Assembly (NCBI GenBank): GCA_965371465.1
Contig: CBDUYM010000006.1
Coordinates: 73,768-137,767, forward strand
Reading direction: 5' to 3'
Origin: an uncultured Alphaproteobacteria bacterium
Lineage (GTDB): Bacteria > Pseudomonadota > Alphaproteobacteria > CBDUYM01
DNA: 64,000 nt
Shown here one piece after another: positions 38,376 through 48,254 of the stretch. The position numbers and the translations under genes were made by a program. Position 1 is the first letter of the stretch; each line of letters opens with the position of its first letter. Under the pieces are notes generated by a model, which did not search any database, was not told where the DNA came from, and saw only the letters and a list, made by a program, of their open reading frames with translations.

Positions 38376-39749
38376 CTACGCTGTGCGTCCCAGGGCTGTG
38401 AAGAGGGGGCCCAGATGACGTTCATAACGCTTCCAACGGTTTTGAGACGTCTTGTACACCGGTTGCCGGACCTGCCATCGACTTGCGGTGCGCACCGAAG
38501 TTTCGGCATTCTGAAAGTTGGCGCAATCCTGATGCCAGGGGAGGCCTGCGGCGGTAATAATCTGCTGGCTGATCCGGTCTGGATCATCGATCAATGCTTC
38601 ATAGTCTATGGAAATTACTTTTCCCGGCAGAACTTTCTCCCAATGCGCCATGACACTCTCATAGTTCTTGTAATACGCGCCAATGCTGCTGAGGTCGAAA
38701 GCGTATTCGTTTCCTGTCGTAAAATTCTGATTGAAGATCGACGTGCAGACATCAAGAGCATTCCGCCGGCAATGGATGATCCGGGCACTTGGCATCATCA
38801 AATGGATCAGGCCGACATAAAGGAAGTTATAGGGCATCTTGTCAACAATGCGGATTGCCTTGGGCGATTTTTTGGCCAGGCTGTCAGTGTAACTCTTGCC
38901 ATACCCATCATATGTTTCGCGATCAACTTCAGGCATGCAATCCGGGTAGGGCAGGGAAGACTTTGTGTGCATCGACAAGCGATGTGCGATCTGGCGCATG
39001 CTCTGCAATTCGCCGGCGCCGTAAGCCATTGGGTGGCTTGCGATGATTTGCTCAACCAGAGATGTGCCCGATCGTGGCATGCCGATGACGAATACCGGCA
39101 GCGTGGTGTCAATGCCCGTGTCGGTGTGCTTCAGGAAAAATTCCGGCGTGAACACGCCAAGCGTTTTATCAAAGAAGGCCTGGGTCGAAACCGGGTTGTG
39201 ATCAACAGCTTTCGCCTGGTTCCCTTTTTCAAAATGATCGAATGCATCATCAAAACGGCCCATGTCGTCGCAGAGCTTGCCGGCGGCGAAGTGAAGGAGG
39301 CAGAGATCATTTTCGGTTCGCTCGCCATCAGCGATCAACTCAAGCACCTGATCAAGCAAAGGGTCGGATTCTGCATACTTCTTCTGCGCTGTCAGATTGT
39401 AGTAGGCATCCACATAGTCAGGCTTCAGTTTGATGGCCTCGCGAAGGTTGGCGTCGGCTTCGTCAAACCTGCCGAGCTGAGCCAGGACATTGCCATAGTT
39501 ATGGTGGAATGTTGCCTGCGCCGGGCGCAACGCAATGGCGCGTTCGATAAAAGTGGCAGCGACATCGGATCGGCCATTGCTCATCTGGACAAGCCCCATC
39601 AGATGCCACGCGTCAGAGGACTTGGGGTCTTCATCCAGAATTTCGGCATAGATCTGTTCAGCGCCGCCGAGATCCCCTTGCTGATGCAGTTTCACTGCTT
39701 CTTCCAGGCGGGCGCGCACCGTCTTTTGCTCTGTACCGGCTTCCGCCAT
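38376..39749 (-). CDS. TPR-repeat sulfotransferase family protein
   Basis: N-terminal TPR repeats, then sulfotransferase PAPS-binding motifs GMPRSGTSL (5'-PSB) and RNALDVCTS (3'-PB). GAGGAG RBS. Confidence 0.75.
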   Translation of the reverse strand: MAEAGTEQKTVRARLEEAVKLHQQGDLGGAEQIYAEILDEDPKSSDAWHLMGLVQMSNGRSDVAATFIERAIALRPAQATFHHNYGNVLAQLGRFDEADANLREAIKLKPDYVDAYYNLTAQKKYAESDPLLDQVLELIADGERTENDLCLLHFAAGKLCDDMGRFDDAFDHFEKGNQAKAVDHNPVSTQAFFDKTLGVFTPEFFLKHTDTGIDTTLPVFVIGMPRSGTSLVEQIIASHPMAYGAGELQSMRQIAHRLSMHTKSSLPYPDCMPEVDRETYDGYGKSYTDSLAKKSPKAIRIVDKMPYNFLYVGLIHLMMPSARIIHCRRNALDVCTSIFNQNFTTGNEYAFDLSSIGAYYKNYESVMAHWEKVLPGKVISIDYEALIDDPDRISQQIITAAGLPWHQDCANFQNAETSVRTASRWQVRQPVYKTSQNRWKRYERHLGPLFTALGRTA

Positions 39750-39843
39750 TTATAACTCCTCAAGTACGGCTCTGCAAAATACACGAGACGGCTTTGTGAC
39801 ACCACGTTATCTTTGGGCGATCCTATCTGCACAAGGAGCCAAA

Positions 39844-41214
39844 ATGCGTAACGTGGTGACCCTGATTTTCGTTTTCCTGTCTCTGTTTGCCGTCAGTTCT
39901 GCCTATGCCGGCACCATTGCCGAAAAAATGTACGAAATTGTGGCCAGCGTCAGTGCCGACCGCCTCAAACGCGATGTGGAACAGCTGGTAGGCTTCGGCA
40001 CACGACATACACTCTCCGAGACAGATTCCAGTGAATTAGGTATTGGTGCCGCGCGAAGGTGGATCGAGGCTGAGTTCAATCAGATTTCTGAGGCCTGTGG
40101 CAACTGTCTAGAAGTTTTTACGATCAGCGACACGGTTTCCGGAGAACCAAGAATTCCCGACCCGACCGAGATCGTCAGCGTTATCGCGATTCAAAGAGGG
40201 CAGCTTGATCCTGGTCGCTACGTGATGATGACTGGCGACATTGATAGCCGTGTTTCCGATCCGCTGGATAGTGAGAGCCTGTCACCAGGTGCCAACGACA
40301 ATGCATCGGGTATGGCGGGCGTGTTAGAGGCCGCGCGCGTTCTCAGCCAGTATGAATTTGCCGGGTCCATAATCTATGCCGGGCTTTCGGGTGAGGAGCA
40401 GGGCCTTTTTGGCGGCAAAATTGTTGCCGCAGCGTTTGTTGAGAGGGGCATGCGCCTCAAGGCTGTACTGAACAACGACATGATCAGCAACATTGGCGGC
40501 ATCAACGGTGTGATCGATAACATCACGGTGCGCGTCTTTTCAGAAGGCACTCGTGCGGCTGAAACCGATGACGAGGCTAGAGTGCGGCGTTTTACTGGCG
40601 GCGAAGTTGACAGTGCGTCACGTAATCTTGCACGTTTCGTTGACAGTCAGGCGGATCAGTACATGCCCGACCTTGATGTAATGATGATCTATAGGCTGGA
40701 TCGTTTCGGCCGCGGCGGTCATCATCGGCCTTTTAACGAAGTAGGTGTTCCGGCCGTTCGGATTATGGAGACCAACGAACACTATGCTCGGCAGCATCAG
40801 GACATTCGGATCGAGGACGGCGTGCGATACGGCGACACCATTGAGTGGGTGAACTATGACTATATGCGGAAGATCACGGCGCTGAATGCTATCGTACTTG
40901 GCGGTCTGGCATCCGCGCCGCCCTTTCCTGCCGATGTGAAAATCGCCGGCGCTGTCCGTGCCGATACGACATTGAGCTGGACTGTTGCCGAAGGCGAGGT
41001 GGCGGCAAATCTGGCTGGCTACAAAGTCTATTGGCGATTGACCGATCAGCCCCAGTGGCAGTGGTCCCGCTCTTTTGATGTTTCCAGCGAAGCAGTTCTT
41101 CAGAATATCGTAATCGATAACTATTTCTTTGGTGTCGCTAGCGTTGCAAATGACGGCGCTGAAAGCCCTGTGGTGTTTCCTGGCGCGGTCGGCAGCTTTG
41201 GCGACTGGCAATAA
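39844..41214 (+). CDS. M28 family metallopeptidase (secreted) with C-terminal beta-sandwich domain
   Basis: Signal peptide, Zn-ligand context GANDNASG, M28 pattern, FnIII-like C-terminal region. AAGGAG RBS. Confidence 0.8.
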   Translation: MRNVVTLIFVFLSLFAVSSAYAGTIAEKMYEIVASVSADRLKRDVEQLVGFGTRHTLSETDSSELGIGAARRWIEAEFNQISEACGNCLEVFTISDTVSGEPRIPDPTEIVSVIAIQRGQLDPGRYVMMTGDIDSRVSDPLDSESLSPGANDNASGMAGVLEAARVLSQYEFAGSIIYAGLSGEEQGLFGGKIVAAAFVERGMRLKAVLNNDMISNIGGINGVIDNITVRVFSEGTRAAETDDEARVRRFTGGEVDSASRNLARFVDSQADQYMPDLDVMMIYRLDRFGRGGHHRPFNEVGVPAVRIMETNEHYARQHQDIRIEDGVRYGDTIEWVNYDYMRKITALNAIVLGGLASAPPFPADVKIAGAVRADTTLSWTVAEGEVAANLAGYKVYWRLTDQPQWQWSRSFDVSSEAVLQNIVIDNYFFGVASVANDGAESPVVFPGAVGSFGDWQ

Positions 41215-41324
41215 AGTCACAGCTCAAGGGCCCAAATGCATCACCCGGCCTTGGCAAAACTTCTTGCAACTCGCCATCGAAGGTTCAGACTTGTCTCAGG
41301 AACTGTCTCACGGGGGAACAGGCC

Positions 41325-41675
41325 ATGAGCGAATTGAACTGGAGTAAGGGGCTGATACGCGTTATCCGCAAAGCCTGGGAGGATGTCTCTTTCCGTGAAA
41401 GGCTTCGCGAAAATCCGCATCAGGTCCTGCGTGACAACGGCTTCGACATTTCGGACGATGTCGAAATCGAGTTTGTAATCAATACATCGGCGAAACTGCA
41501 TATTCCTCTGCCCGCGCCACAGCCCGGCGCAAGTCTGTCGGCTGCCCAATTGGAAGAAACAAAACAGGCGAAACCGGTATTCAATGTGCTGCGCCCGGTG
41601 GAGCGTTCGTTCGCCCAGGAGCCTCTCATAGGGGTCAAGGAGCAGCTGAACGCCTCACGCGACGATCTTCCCTGA
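41325..41675 (+). CDS. NHLP-type (nitrile hydratase leader peptide-like) precursor-peptide family protein
   Basis: 116 aa. Residues ~10-60 (IRKAWEDVSFRERLRENPHQVLRDNGFDISDDVEIEFVINTSAKLHIPLPAP) match the NHLP/NHase-alpha N-terminal leader pattern. No CSLCSC NHase active site. Cys-free C-terminal 55 aa. Confidence 0.6.
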   Translation: MSELNWSKGLIRVIRKAWEDVSFRERLRENPHQVLRDNGFDISDDVEIEFVINTSAKLHIPLPAPQPGASLSAAQLEETKQAKPVFNVLRPVERSFAQEPLIGVKEQLNASRDDLP

Positions 41676-41762
41676 TCAGCATTCCCGGCACTAGCTTGCA
41701 CTTCCTCGGCAGTTTGTGCTGAGCTTGCCGAAATACGGCGAAATTTGTAGGGGACATCAAAA

Positions 41763-42737
41763 ATGGAATACAGACGGCTTGGTGGTTCTGGCCTGAAGGT
41801 AAGTGCGCTTTCCTTCGGCACGATGACATTCGGCATGGGGCAGGTTGATCAGGATGGTGCGGAAGAGCTTCTGAAAACAGCCTATGATGCCGGCATCAAT
41901 TTTTTCGACAGCGCAGAAGCCTATGGCAGGGGCGTTGCTGAGACCGTCACTGGTATCGCGCTGAAGAAACTTGATTTGCCACGGGATGGCTATTGTGTTT
42001 CCAGCAAGGTCTTCGGCGGCAGTGTGAACGATCCCAGGCCGACCCAGCGCGGCCTTAGCCGCAAGCATGTAACCGATGCGTGCCATCAGGCACTGCAAAG
42101 ATTGCAGGTCGATTATCTTGATCTGTATTTTTGTCATCGACCGGACGTGGAAGTGCCCGTCGAAGAAACCGTCCGGACCATGACGGACCTTATCGCGCAA
42201 GGGAAAATCCTCTATTGGGGAACGTCGGAATGGTCGGCAGCGCAGCTGATGGAAGCTCATGGTGTAGCGCGCCAGTTCGGGCTTGTTCCACCGACAATGG
42301 AGCAACCGCAATACAACATTCTCCATCGCGAACGCTTCGAAGTGGAATATGCGCACCTCTACGACGAGATCGGCCTCGGCACGACAATCTGGGGGCCGGT
42401 CGCCGGCGGCATGCTGACCGGCAAATATGATGACGGGATGCCGGAAGGGACGCGATATACAATGGGCGGCAACAACAATATGCGCCGCAGACGCCTCGAA
42501 AGCGAAGACGGCAAGCGACGCCTGGCGCTGGCGCGTGAACTAAGCAAAGTGGCCAAAGAAGCCGATATGAAGCCAGCGCATATGGCGCTGGCCTGGTGTC
42601 TCGAGAACCCAAACGTTTCAACCGTCATGATGGGCGCGTCCAGCCTTGATCAGCTCACTGACAACCTTGCTGTTCTCGATGAGCGTGAAAAACTGACTTC
42701 CGATGTCAAGGACAAGATCGCGGAAGTAACGGCCTAG
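41763..42737 (+). CDS. aldo/keto reductase (Kv-beta-like AKR)
   Basis: MEYRRLGGSGLKVSALSFGTMTFG start and AKR catalytic tetrad context. Confidence 0.85.
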   Translation: MEYRRLGGSGLKVSALSFGTMTFGMGQVDQDGAEELLKTAYDAGINFFDSAEAYGRGVAETVTGIALKKLDLPRDGYCVSSKVFGGSVNDPRPTQRGLSRKHVTDACHQALQRLQVDYLDLYFCHRPDVEVPVEETVRTMTDLIAQGKILYWGTSEWSAAQLMEAHGVARQFGLVPPTMEQPQYNILHRERFEVEYAHLYDEIGLGTTIWGPVAGGMLTGKYDDGMPEGTRYTMGGNNNMRRRRLESEDGKRRLALARELSKVAKEADMKPAHMALAWCLENPNVSTVMMGASSLDQLTDNLAVLDEREKLTSDVKDKIAEVTA

Positions 42738-42791
42738 AGCGGGAGTTTCTTCAAGCAGGGGACTTTGCGCGCATGCCAGGCGTCGTTGTCA

Positions 42792-43451
42792 TCACGCCCC
42801 GAGACGCTTCGCCCTGACGACATAAATCGGATCCATCGAGCCTTTGACTGGCGAGAGGTCAAGGAACTCAGCCGGGTCGAAAGCTTCGGTCAGCTCGAAA
42901 TAGAGATTGATCAGACTTGCATGCCCCTGGGCGTCTGAAGATCGCCAGACGGCCACGGCTTTTTCGGGGAAGAGACGGTTTGAGAATGTGATGTGAAGCA
43001 TTCCACCCGGGCTCAGCACTCTCGCGACATCGCGCAGAACTGGTACAGGATCGGTCAGGTACTGGATTGAGACATTGATTACAGCGGCGTCGAAGCTTGC
43101 GTTCTCGAAAGGAAGCTGAGGATGCTTGTTCAGGTCCTGCAGGAGATGGTCGGTGAGCTGGAGGTTGGCTTCCAGTTCCGGCTTGTTCATGCCAAGGCCA
43201 CAGACGCGGGCGAATTGATGCTCCGCTGGCAAATGCGAAGCATATGAGCTCATCAGATCAAGAACTCGACCGCTCCTTGGCAGGGCGAGCCCGTAGTATA
43301 CTTTCAGTGCATCCGAGGCGCTGTCGGCGATGTGAATGACAAGGCGTGGCTCACGGTAAAAGTTCACGTCATCTGTTTCGTCGACACGTCCGAAATGTTC
43401 CTGCTGAAAGGGGCCTTCAGGGTCTTTCGCCATCTCTGATCTGTCCGCCAA
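42792..43451 (-). CDS. class I SAM-dependent methyltransferase
   Basis: SAM-binding motif I VLDLMSS and post-I/II regions (Methyltransf_11-like). Confidence 0.7.
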   Translation of the reverse strand: MADRSEMAKDPEGPFQQEHFGRVDETDDVNFYREPRLVIHIADSASDALKVYYGLALPRSGRVLDLMSSYASHLPAEHQFARVCGLGMNKPELEANLQLTDHLLQDLNKHPQLPFENASFDAAVINVSIQYLTDPVPVLRDVARVLSPGGMLHITFSNRLFPEKAVAVWRSSDAQGHASLINLYFELTEAFDPAEFLDLSPVKGSMDPIYVVRAKRLGA

Positions 43452-43536
43452 TTGCAGTTTGTGCTGGTCGCAGTCTGCCTATAGGGTGCCATCCGCATCA
43501 ACTGATTTATCGAATTCAGGCAAGGAGCTCCAGGCC

Positions 43537-43989
43537 ATGGCGGACGAAACGAAACTCTATCTGGATCTTGATCACGGCAGAGTGGTGATTGACCTTTTTG
43601 CCGATGTTGCACCAAATCATGTGGCGCGGGTGCGCGAGCTTGCGGACGAAGGGTTTTACGACGGCATCGTCTTTCACCGTGTGATTCCGGGTTTCATGGC
43701 ACAATCGGGCGACCCAACAGGCACAGGCGCCGGCGGCTCAGGTCAAAAGCTTGAAGCCGAATTCTCGCCCGCACCGTTTGATCGCGGCACCCTTGGCATG
43801 GCACGATCCCAGCATCCAGACAGCGCCGACAGTCAGTTTTTCATCTGTCTCGATGCAGCACCACATCTGAACGGTCAGTATACTGTCTGGGGTCAGGTCA
43901 GCTCCGGCATGGACTTTGTCGATGCCATCGCAGTCGGAGAACCACCTTCATCCCCCGACAAAATCGTCAAAATGCGAACGACGGAATAA
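43537..43989 (+). CDS. peptidyl-prolyl cis-trans isomerase (cyclophilin type)
   Basis: Cyclophilin motifs FHRVIPGFMAQSGD and ..GMARS... Start at ATG 43537, which has an AAGGAG RBS. Confidence 0.85.
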   Translation: MADETKLYLDLDHGRVVIDLFADVAPNHVARVRELADEGFYDGIVFHRVIPGFMAQSGDPTGTGAGGSGQKLEAEFSPAPFDRGTLGMARSQHPDSADSQFFICLDAAPHLNGQYTVWGQVSSGMDFVDAIAVGEPPSSPDKIVKMRTTE

Positions 43990-44012
43990 GGCCAGCAATC
44001 GCTGGCGTCCGG

Positions 44013-44399
44013 CTAAGCCGGATCAAAGACGATGTAGGGCGTGTCGAATTCCTCTGTGATTCTCGCTTTCACGCTCATGCCGATTTTCACGTCGGCAGCT
44101 GCGACGCCTTCAACGCGGCTCATCATGCGGGGGCCTTCTTTAAGGTCAATGATGGCGACATTGTAATTTTCGCCTGCCTCCGGGCGCTGATGAATGACCG
44201 AAGTTGAGTAGACCGTGCCTTCGCCGGAGGCTTCGACCCAGCTGAGCTTGATACCACCGCAGTGAATGCAGACAGCGCGCGGGTAATAGATATGCTTACC
44301 GCAATCATCGCATTTCTGGATACAGAACGAACCATTTGCAAGCCTGGTGCGAAACTCATGCTCTGGCCCTGGCCCCTGAAAATCCTGGTCACTTGCCAT
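44013..44399 (-). CDS. Zn-ribbon/OB-fold protein (DUF35 family, thiolase-partner type)
   Basis: CxxC..CxxC zinc ribbon (CDDCGKHIYYPRAVCIHCG) followed by an OB-fold region. Confidence 0.7.
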   Translation of the reverse strand: MASDQDFQGPGPEHEFRTRLANGSFCIQKCDDCGKHIYYPRAVCIHCGGIKLSWVEASGEGTVYSTSVIHQRPEAGENYNVAIIDLKEGPRMMSRVEGVAAADVKIGMSVKARITEEFDTPYIVFDPA

Positions 44400-44481
44400 C
44401 CGTGATTCCCCCTCAATCTGAATTCAATGATCGTTCGCAGGTCAGACTATCCGAAATGTGCAAGCCCAATGCAATCTGGAT

Positions 44482-44874
44482 TCACGCGTCATCATAAGTT
44501 TTCTGCCGTCCCGCAGGTGAGCCGATCCAGATCAGCGAACACCAGCCAAGGACGAGAACCATGCCGCCGTAAGGTGCAAGCGTTGCATAGCCGTGATCAC
44601 CGGTGACGCCGATCAGATAGGTGCTGCCACAAAAGAGGACAATGCCAGCCGTAAAGGCACATCCGGCGATGGTCGTTACAAAAGTAGGACGCCGATCTTC
44701 CAGCCTCTGTACACCCAAAAGCGCCAGCGCGTGCCATAACTGCATGTGAACCGCCGTATCAAAGACTTCAGGTTCCATGACGGCGGGCCCGCCGATCAGG
44801 CCATGGGCACCATAGGCTGCCGCCATGACGCCAATTGCGCCATTTGCTCCGGCCAGAACCAACCATTTTTTCAT
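44482..44874 (-). CDS. DUF423 family membrane protein
   Basis: 130 aa, 4 TM segments, N-terminal GAHGL motif. Confidence 0.6.
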   Translation of the reverse strand: MKKWLVLAGANGAIGVMAAAYGAHGLIGGPAVMEPEVFDTAVHMQLWHALALLGVQRLEDRRPTFVTTIAGCAFTAGIVLFCGSTYLIGVTGDHGYATLAPYGGMVLVLGWCSLIWIGSPAGRQKTYDDA

Positions 44875-44925
44875 GCAACGATTCTCGCTTTCAAGTATTC
44901 ATGGAAGTGTGAGAAAAGACTAACG

Positions 44926-45516
44926 ATGGACGAAAAAGAGTCAACATCCAGAGAAGACTTGAGAGCTCGACGGCCACAACCACCGCTTGATTACGGTGCA
45001 CTTGAAGCAGCAGCCCTTGAGTACCTGGGCCGATATGCGACTTCGAGTGCGAATCTCGGCCGGGTGCTGGCTCGCCGGGTAGAGCGTCATCGCATCCGCC
45101 ACCATGTCGAGAGCCCGGATGCTGAAGTATTGATTGCGCGCGTCGTGCGAGAATGCGTCGGGCATGGCTATGTGGACGACGATCGCTATGCGAAGGACAA
45201 GGCAGTTCACCTTTGGCGCGGCGGGCGCTCAAGGCGATATATCGAAGGCTATCTGTCATCCAAGGGGATTTCACGGGAGCTTGCTTCCACTGCCGTCAGT
45301 CACGCCCACAAAGAGGAGGGTGGTGGCGATTTCGAGGCTGCTCTGACCTATGCGAAGCGGCGGCGCTTCGGGCCGTTCCGCAAGGATCTGAGTGAGCCTC
45401 TGAGTCGCGAACAACAGGAAAAACAGCTTGCGGCGCTTGCACGCCAGGGATTCAGCTATGCCATCGCCCGGCGGATCATTTCAGCTGAGGCACTGGCGGA
45501 GTTGTCTGTTACCTGA
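44926..45516 (+). CDS. recX: RecX-like regulatory protein
   Basis: Helical repeat pattern with LEYLGRYATSSANLGRVLARR and GYVDDDRYA. Start moved to ATG 44926 to avoid overlapping the DUF423 gene. Confidence 0.55.
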   Translation: MDEKESTSREDLRARRPQPPLDYGALEAAALEYLGRYATSSANLGRVLARRVERHRIRHHVESPDAEVLIARVVRECVGHGYVDDDRYAKDKAVHLWRGGRSRRYIEGYLSSKGISRELASTAVSHAHKEEGGGDFEAALTYAKRRRFGPFRKDLSEPLSREQQEKQLAALARQGFSYAIARRIISAEALAELSVT

Positions 45517-45734
45517 AGATCTCCGAAAATCGCTGTGATTCCAAGATGTTAGAGTTCCCTGCCTTGATGTTTCTCCAGTGACGTGGCATAAACAGGCTCG
45601 TCAAATTTCTGTCACATTGGGACTGCAGATTAGAGCGGTCGCAAATTCCCGATTTCCATGCGGGCAATGCGTCAGAAGTGTCTCGTTAAAGGCTTTGGAA
45701 GGGCTCTGGGGAAAGCTTTAGGGCACCCGCGCAA

Positions 45735-46898
45735 ATGACAGGGTATTTCGGAACGAAATTAAGTGGCTATGTCGGTGCTCTCATATTTGCTGGAGCGCTG
45801 ATGTTTGCGCCGGTCGCTGGTCATGCAGATAGCAACGCTGATGACGCCTATCACGCCAGCCTGAAATTTCTGACTTACAACGTGTGGGATATTGGTGGCG
45901 TCCGGGGTGATTACACCACTGAACGCATGACGGAGATTTGTCGCCGTTTTTCTGAAAGTGCTGCAGACGAAGCTGATGGCTGGGATGTCGTGTTTGTCCA
46001 GGAGCTGTGGCCCGAAGCGCGGGGTGAGGTCTTTAACGACTGCGGTTACGAATTTGTTGCGGATGTTGAAGACTATGACAATCAGCCACTCTTCGCAGTC
46101 GCCGTCATATTCGAGGCCCTTGGGCTCAAGACGAAAATGGACACAGGGCTTCGAACCCTAAGCCGGTTTCCGATCGTGGAAACCAAACGGCTGACCTATT
46201 CGGTTGGCGGCTATCTCGATCGTTTCCTGACAGACGGCGAATACGGTATTCGCAAGTCAGCCATGGCAGCGAAAATCAACCATCCGAACTGGGGCCCTGT
46301 CTGGACTGTGAACACGCATCTTGTTTCAGCCTACCGGGACGAGATGTATATTGCGCATCGCGGTATCCAGTTGCAGGAACTTTCTGACTGGATCAAATCT
46401 GAGCTGACAGACGCGCCGGTGATCCTTGGCGGTGATTTCAACTTCGGTCCAAAGATGACCGAATTTGCAACGCTGAAGTCATACGATCCGAAGTTCTGGG
46501 AAGGGCTGTTGCCGGTACTGTTCTCGGGATACACCCAGGCACCCAATGCAGATGACGCCTGCACATACTGTGCCTCTGAAAATGTCTTTGTTGCAGCTCG
46601 AAGCCCCTTTGCCGGTGACCACAAGATCGACCATCTCTTTGTCTCCCCCAGCTTCGCCGTTGGCGAGGGCGCTGTGGTCATGGATGAGAGGTTCCCGGTG
46701 CAGCCGAAGAAATCGTTCTTTGAAAAAGTCTCGGATTTCCTGATTGGCGAAGCTATCGCGGCCGAGCCAGGCGGCAACGCTCCCATGGTCAATACGTCCG
46801 ATCATTTTGGCTGGGAGAGCACAGTCAGACTGCAACCATTGCCCAAAGCGGCCTTGATGCCGGTGATTGAAGCCATAGACCAATTGCCGCAGGGCTAG
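45735..46898 (+). CDS. endonuclease/exonuclease/phosphatase (EEP) family protein (sphingomyelinase-like), membrane-anchored
   Basis: N-terminal TM/signal region and EEP catalytic motifs (LTYNVW, GGDFN, SDH). Confidence 0.7.
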   Translation: MTGYFGTKLSGYVGALIFAGALMFAPVAGHADSNADDAYHASLKFLTYNVWDIGGVRGDYTTERMTEICRRFSESAADEADGWDVVFVQELWPEARGEVFNDCGYEFVADVEDYDNQPLFAVAVIFEALGLKTKMDTGLRTLSRFPIVETKRLTYSVGGYLDRFLTDGEYGIRKSAMAAKINHPNWGPVWTVNTHLVSAYRDEMYIAHRGIQLQELSDWIKSELTDAPVILGGDFNFGPKMTEFATLKSYDPKFWEGLLPVLFSGYTQAPNADDACTYCASENVFVAARSPFAGDHKIDHLFVSPSFAVGEGAVVMDERFPVQPKKSFFEKVSDFLIGEAIAAEPGGNAPMVNTSDHFGWESTVRLQPLPKAALMPVIEAIDQLPQG

Positions 46899-47033
46899 CG
46901 CGCCCTTGCTTCCCCATAAGCTGGCCTGATAGGATCGCCGCCAATCGCGCGGCGTAGCCGCAACTTCATTTGAGCAGGCCAGCTACAGCATTTTGTTGTT
47001 ACTTTGCTGCCCCTGGCGACACGAGGGTAAAAC

Positions 47034-48254
47034 ATGGATCTCAATTTTTCAGCGGACGATGAAGCGTTTCGTCAGGAAGTCCGCGACTTTTTTGAAAATG
47101 CGCCACCCGAAGAGCTGAAAAACCGCCAGGGCGGCGGTCGTGGCATGGGTGGCTGGGGCGGCGGCGGCGGCCGTGAAGCCATGCTGGAATGGCAGGCCAA
47201 GCTTGTCGAAAAAGGCTGGGTCGCACCAAAATGGCCGGTTGAATTCGGCGGTCCGGGATGGACGCCGACGCAGCGCTTTATCTATGACGCCGAAATCGCA
47301 GCCTCAGGTTTGCCACAGCCAGGCGGCATGGGCATTTCAATGATCGGGCCGATCATCGGCACATACGGGAATGATGAGCAAAAAGAGCGCTTCCTGGACG
47401 ACATCAGGTATGGCCGCACCGTCTGGTGTCAGGGCTATTCAGAACGTGGCGCAGGCTCCGATCTTGCGAACCTGCAATGTGCGGCAAAGCTTGAGGGCGA
47501 TCATTACGTTGTAAATGGCCACAAAATCTGGACATCAGGCGCGCAGAATGCCGACTGGATTTTCTGTCTCACCAGAACTTCGAATGAAGGCAAAAAGCAG
47601 GAAGGCATCACTTTCCTTCTCTTTGATCTGAAAAGCGAAGGTGTTGAGCGTCGTCCCATCATGACAATGGGTGGCATGGCACCGTTCTGCGAATGCTTCT
47701 TCGACAATGTCAAAGTGCCGGTCGAAAACCGCATCGGTGAAGAGAACAAGGGATGGACCTATGCCAAGGTCCTTCTCCAGCATGAGCGGACCGGTCAGGC
47801 CATGGTGAGGCCGTCAAAGGCGACTATCAAACGGCTGAAACGCATTGCCAAAGAAGAATCTGATGGCAACGGCGGCACGCTTTGGGACAGTGCTACCTTC
47901 CGTGACAATCTTCATGAGCTGGAAGTTGCCGTCGAAGGACTTCAGTATTCCGAATTGCAAACGCTTGCCGATGCAGCCGCAGGCAGATTGCCCGGGCCGG
48001 GAAGCTCCTACCTCAAATGCATGGGAACGGAACTTTCGCAGAAGCTGTCTGAAATTCAGGTAGATGTGGCTGGCTTTTATGGCAACCCGAACATGATGGC
48101 CATGCGGGGCAGTGGCGACAACATCGGTCCAGTTGGGCCCATGCACTCAATGGGTACTCTGCCTGGCTATCTGATGGGCCGCGCCCAGACAATCTACGGC
48201 GGATCAAGCGAAGTCCAGCGCAACGTCATGGCGAAGAATGTGCTTGGGCTATAG
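47034..48254 (+). CDS. acyl-CoA dehydrogenase family protein (Gly-rich insert)
   Basis: ACAD fold with insert GGGRGMGGWGGGGGREAM. GAGGG RBS. Confidence 0.8.
   Translation: MDLNFSADDEAFRQEVRDFFENAPPEELKNRQGGGRGMGGWGGGGGREAMLEWQAKLVEKGWVAPKWPVEFGGPGWTPTQRFIYDAEIAASGLPQPGGMGISMIGPIIGTYGNDEQKERFLDDIRYGRTVWCQGYSERGAGSDLANLQCAAKLEGDHYVVNGHKIWTSGAQNADWIFCLTRTSNEGKKQEGITFLLFDLKSEGVERRPIMTMGGMAPFCECFFDNVKVPVENRIGEENKGWTYAKVLLQHERTGQAMVRPSKATIKRLKRIAKEESDGNGGTLWDSATFRDNLHELEVAVEGLQYSELQTLADAAAGRLPGPGSSYLKCMGTELSQKLSEIQVDVAGFYGNPNMMAMRGSGDNIGPVGPMHSMGTLPGYLMGRAQTIYGGSSEVQRNVMAKNVLGL

Noticed and set aside
38415-39755. Long antisense ORFs (e.g. 38415-39755, 17543-18553, 31222-32082, 60696-61637, 6837-7625)
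   Set aside because: They lie opposite strong homolog-supported genes. This is typical of stop-codon-poor antisense frames in high-GC DNA.
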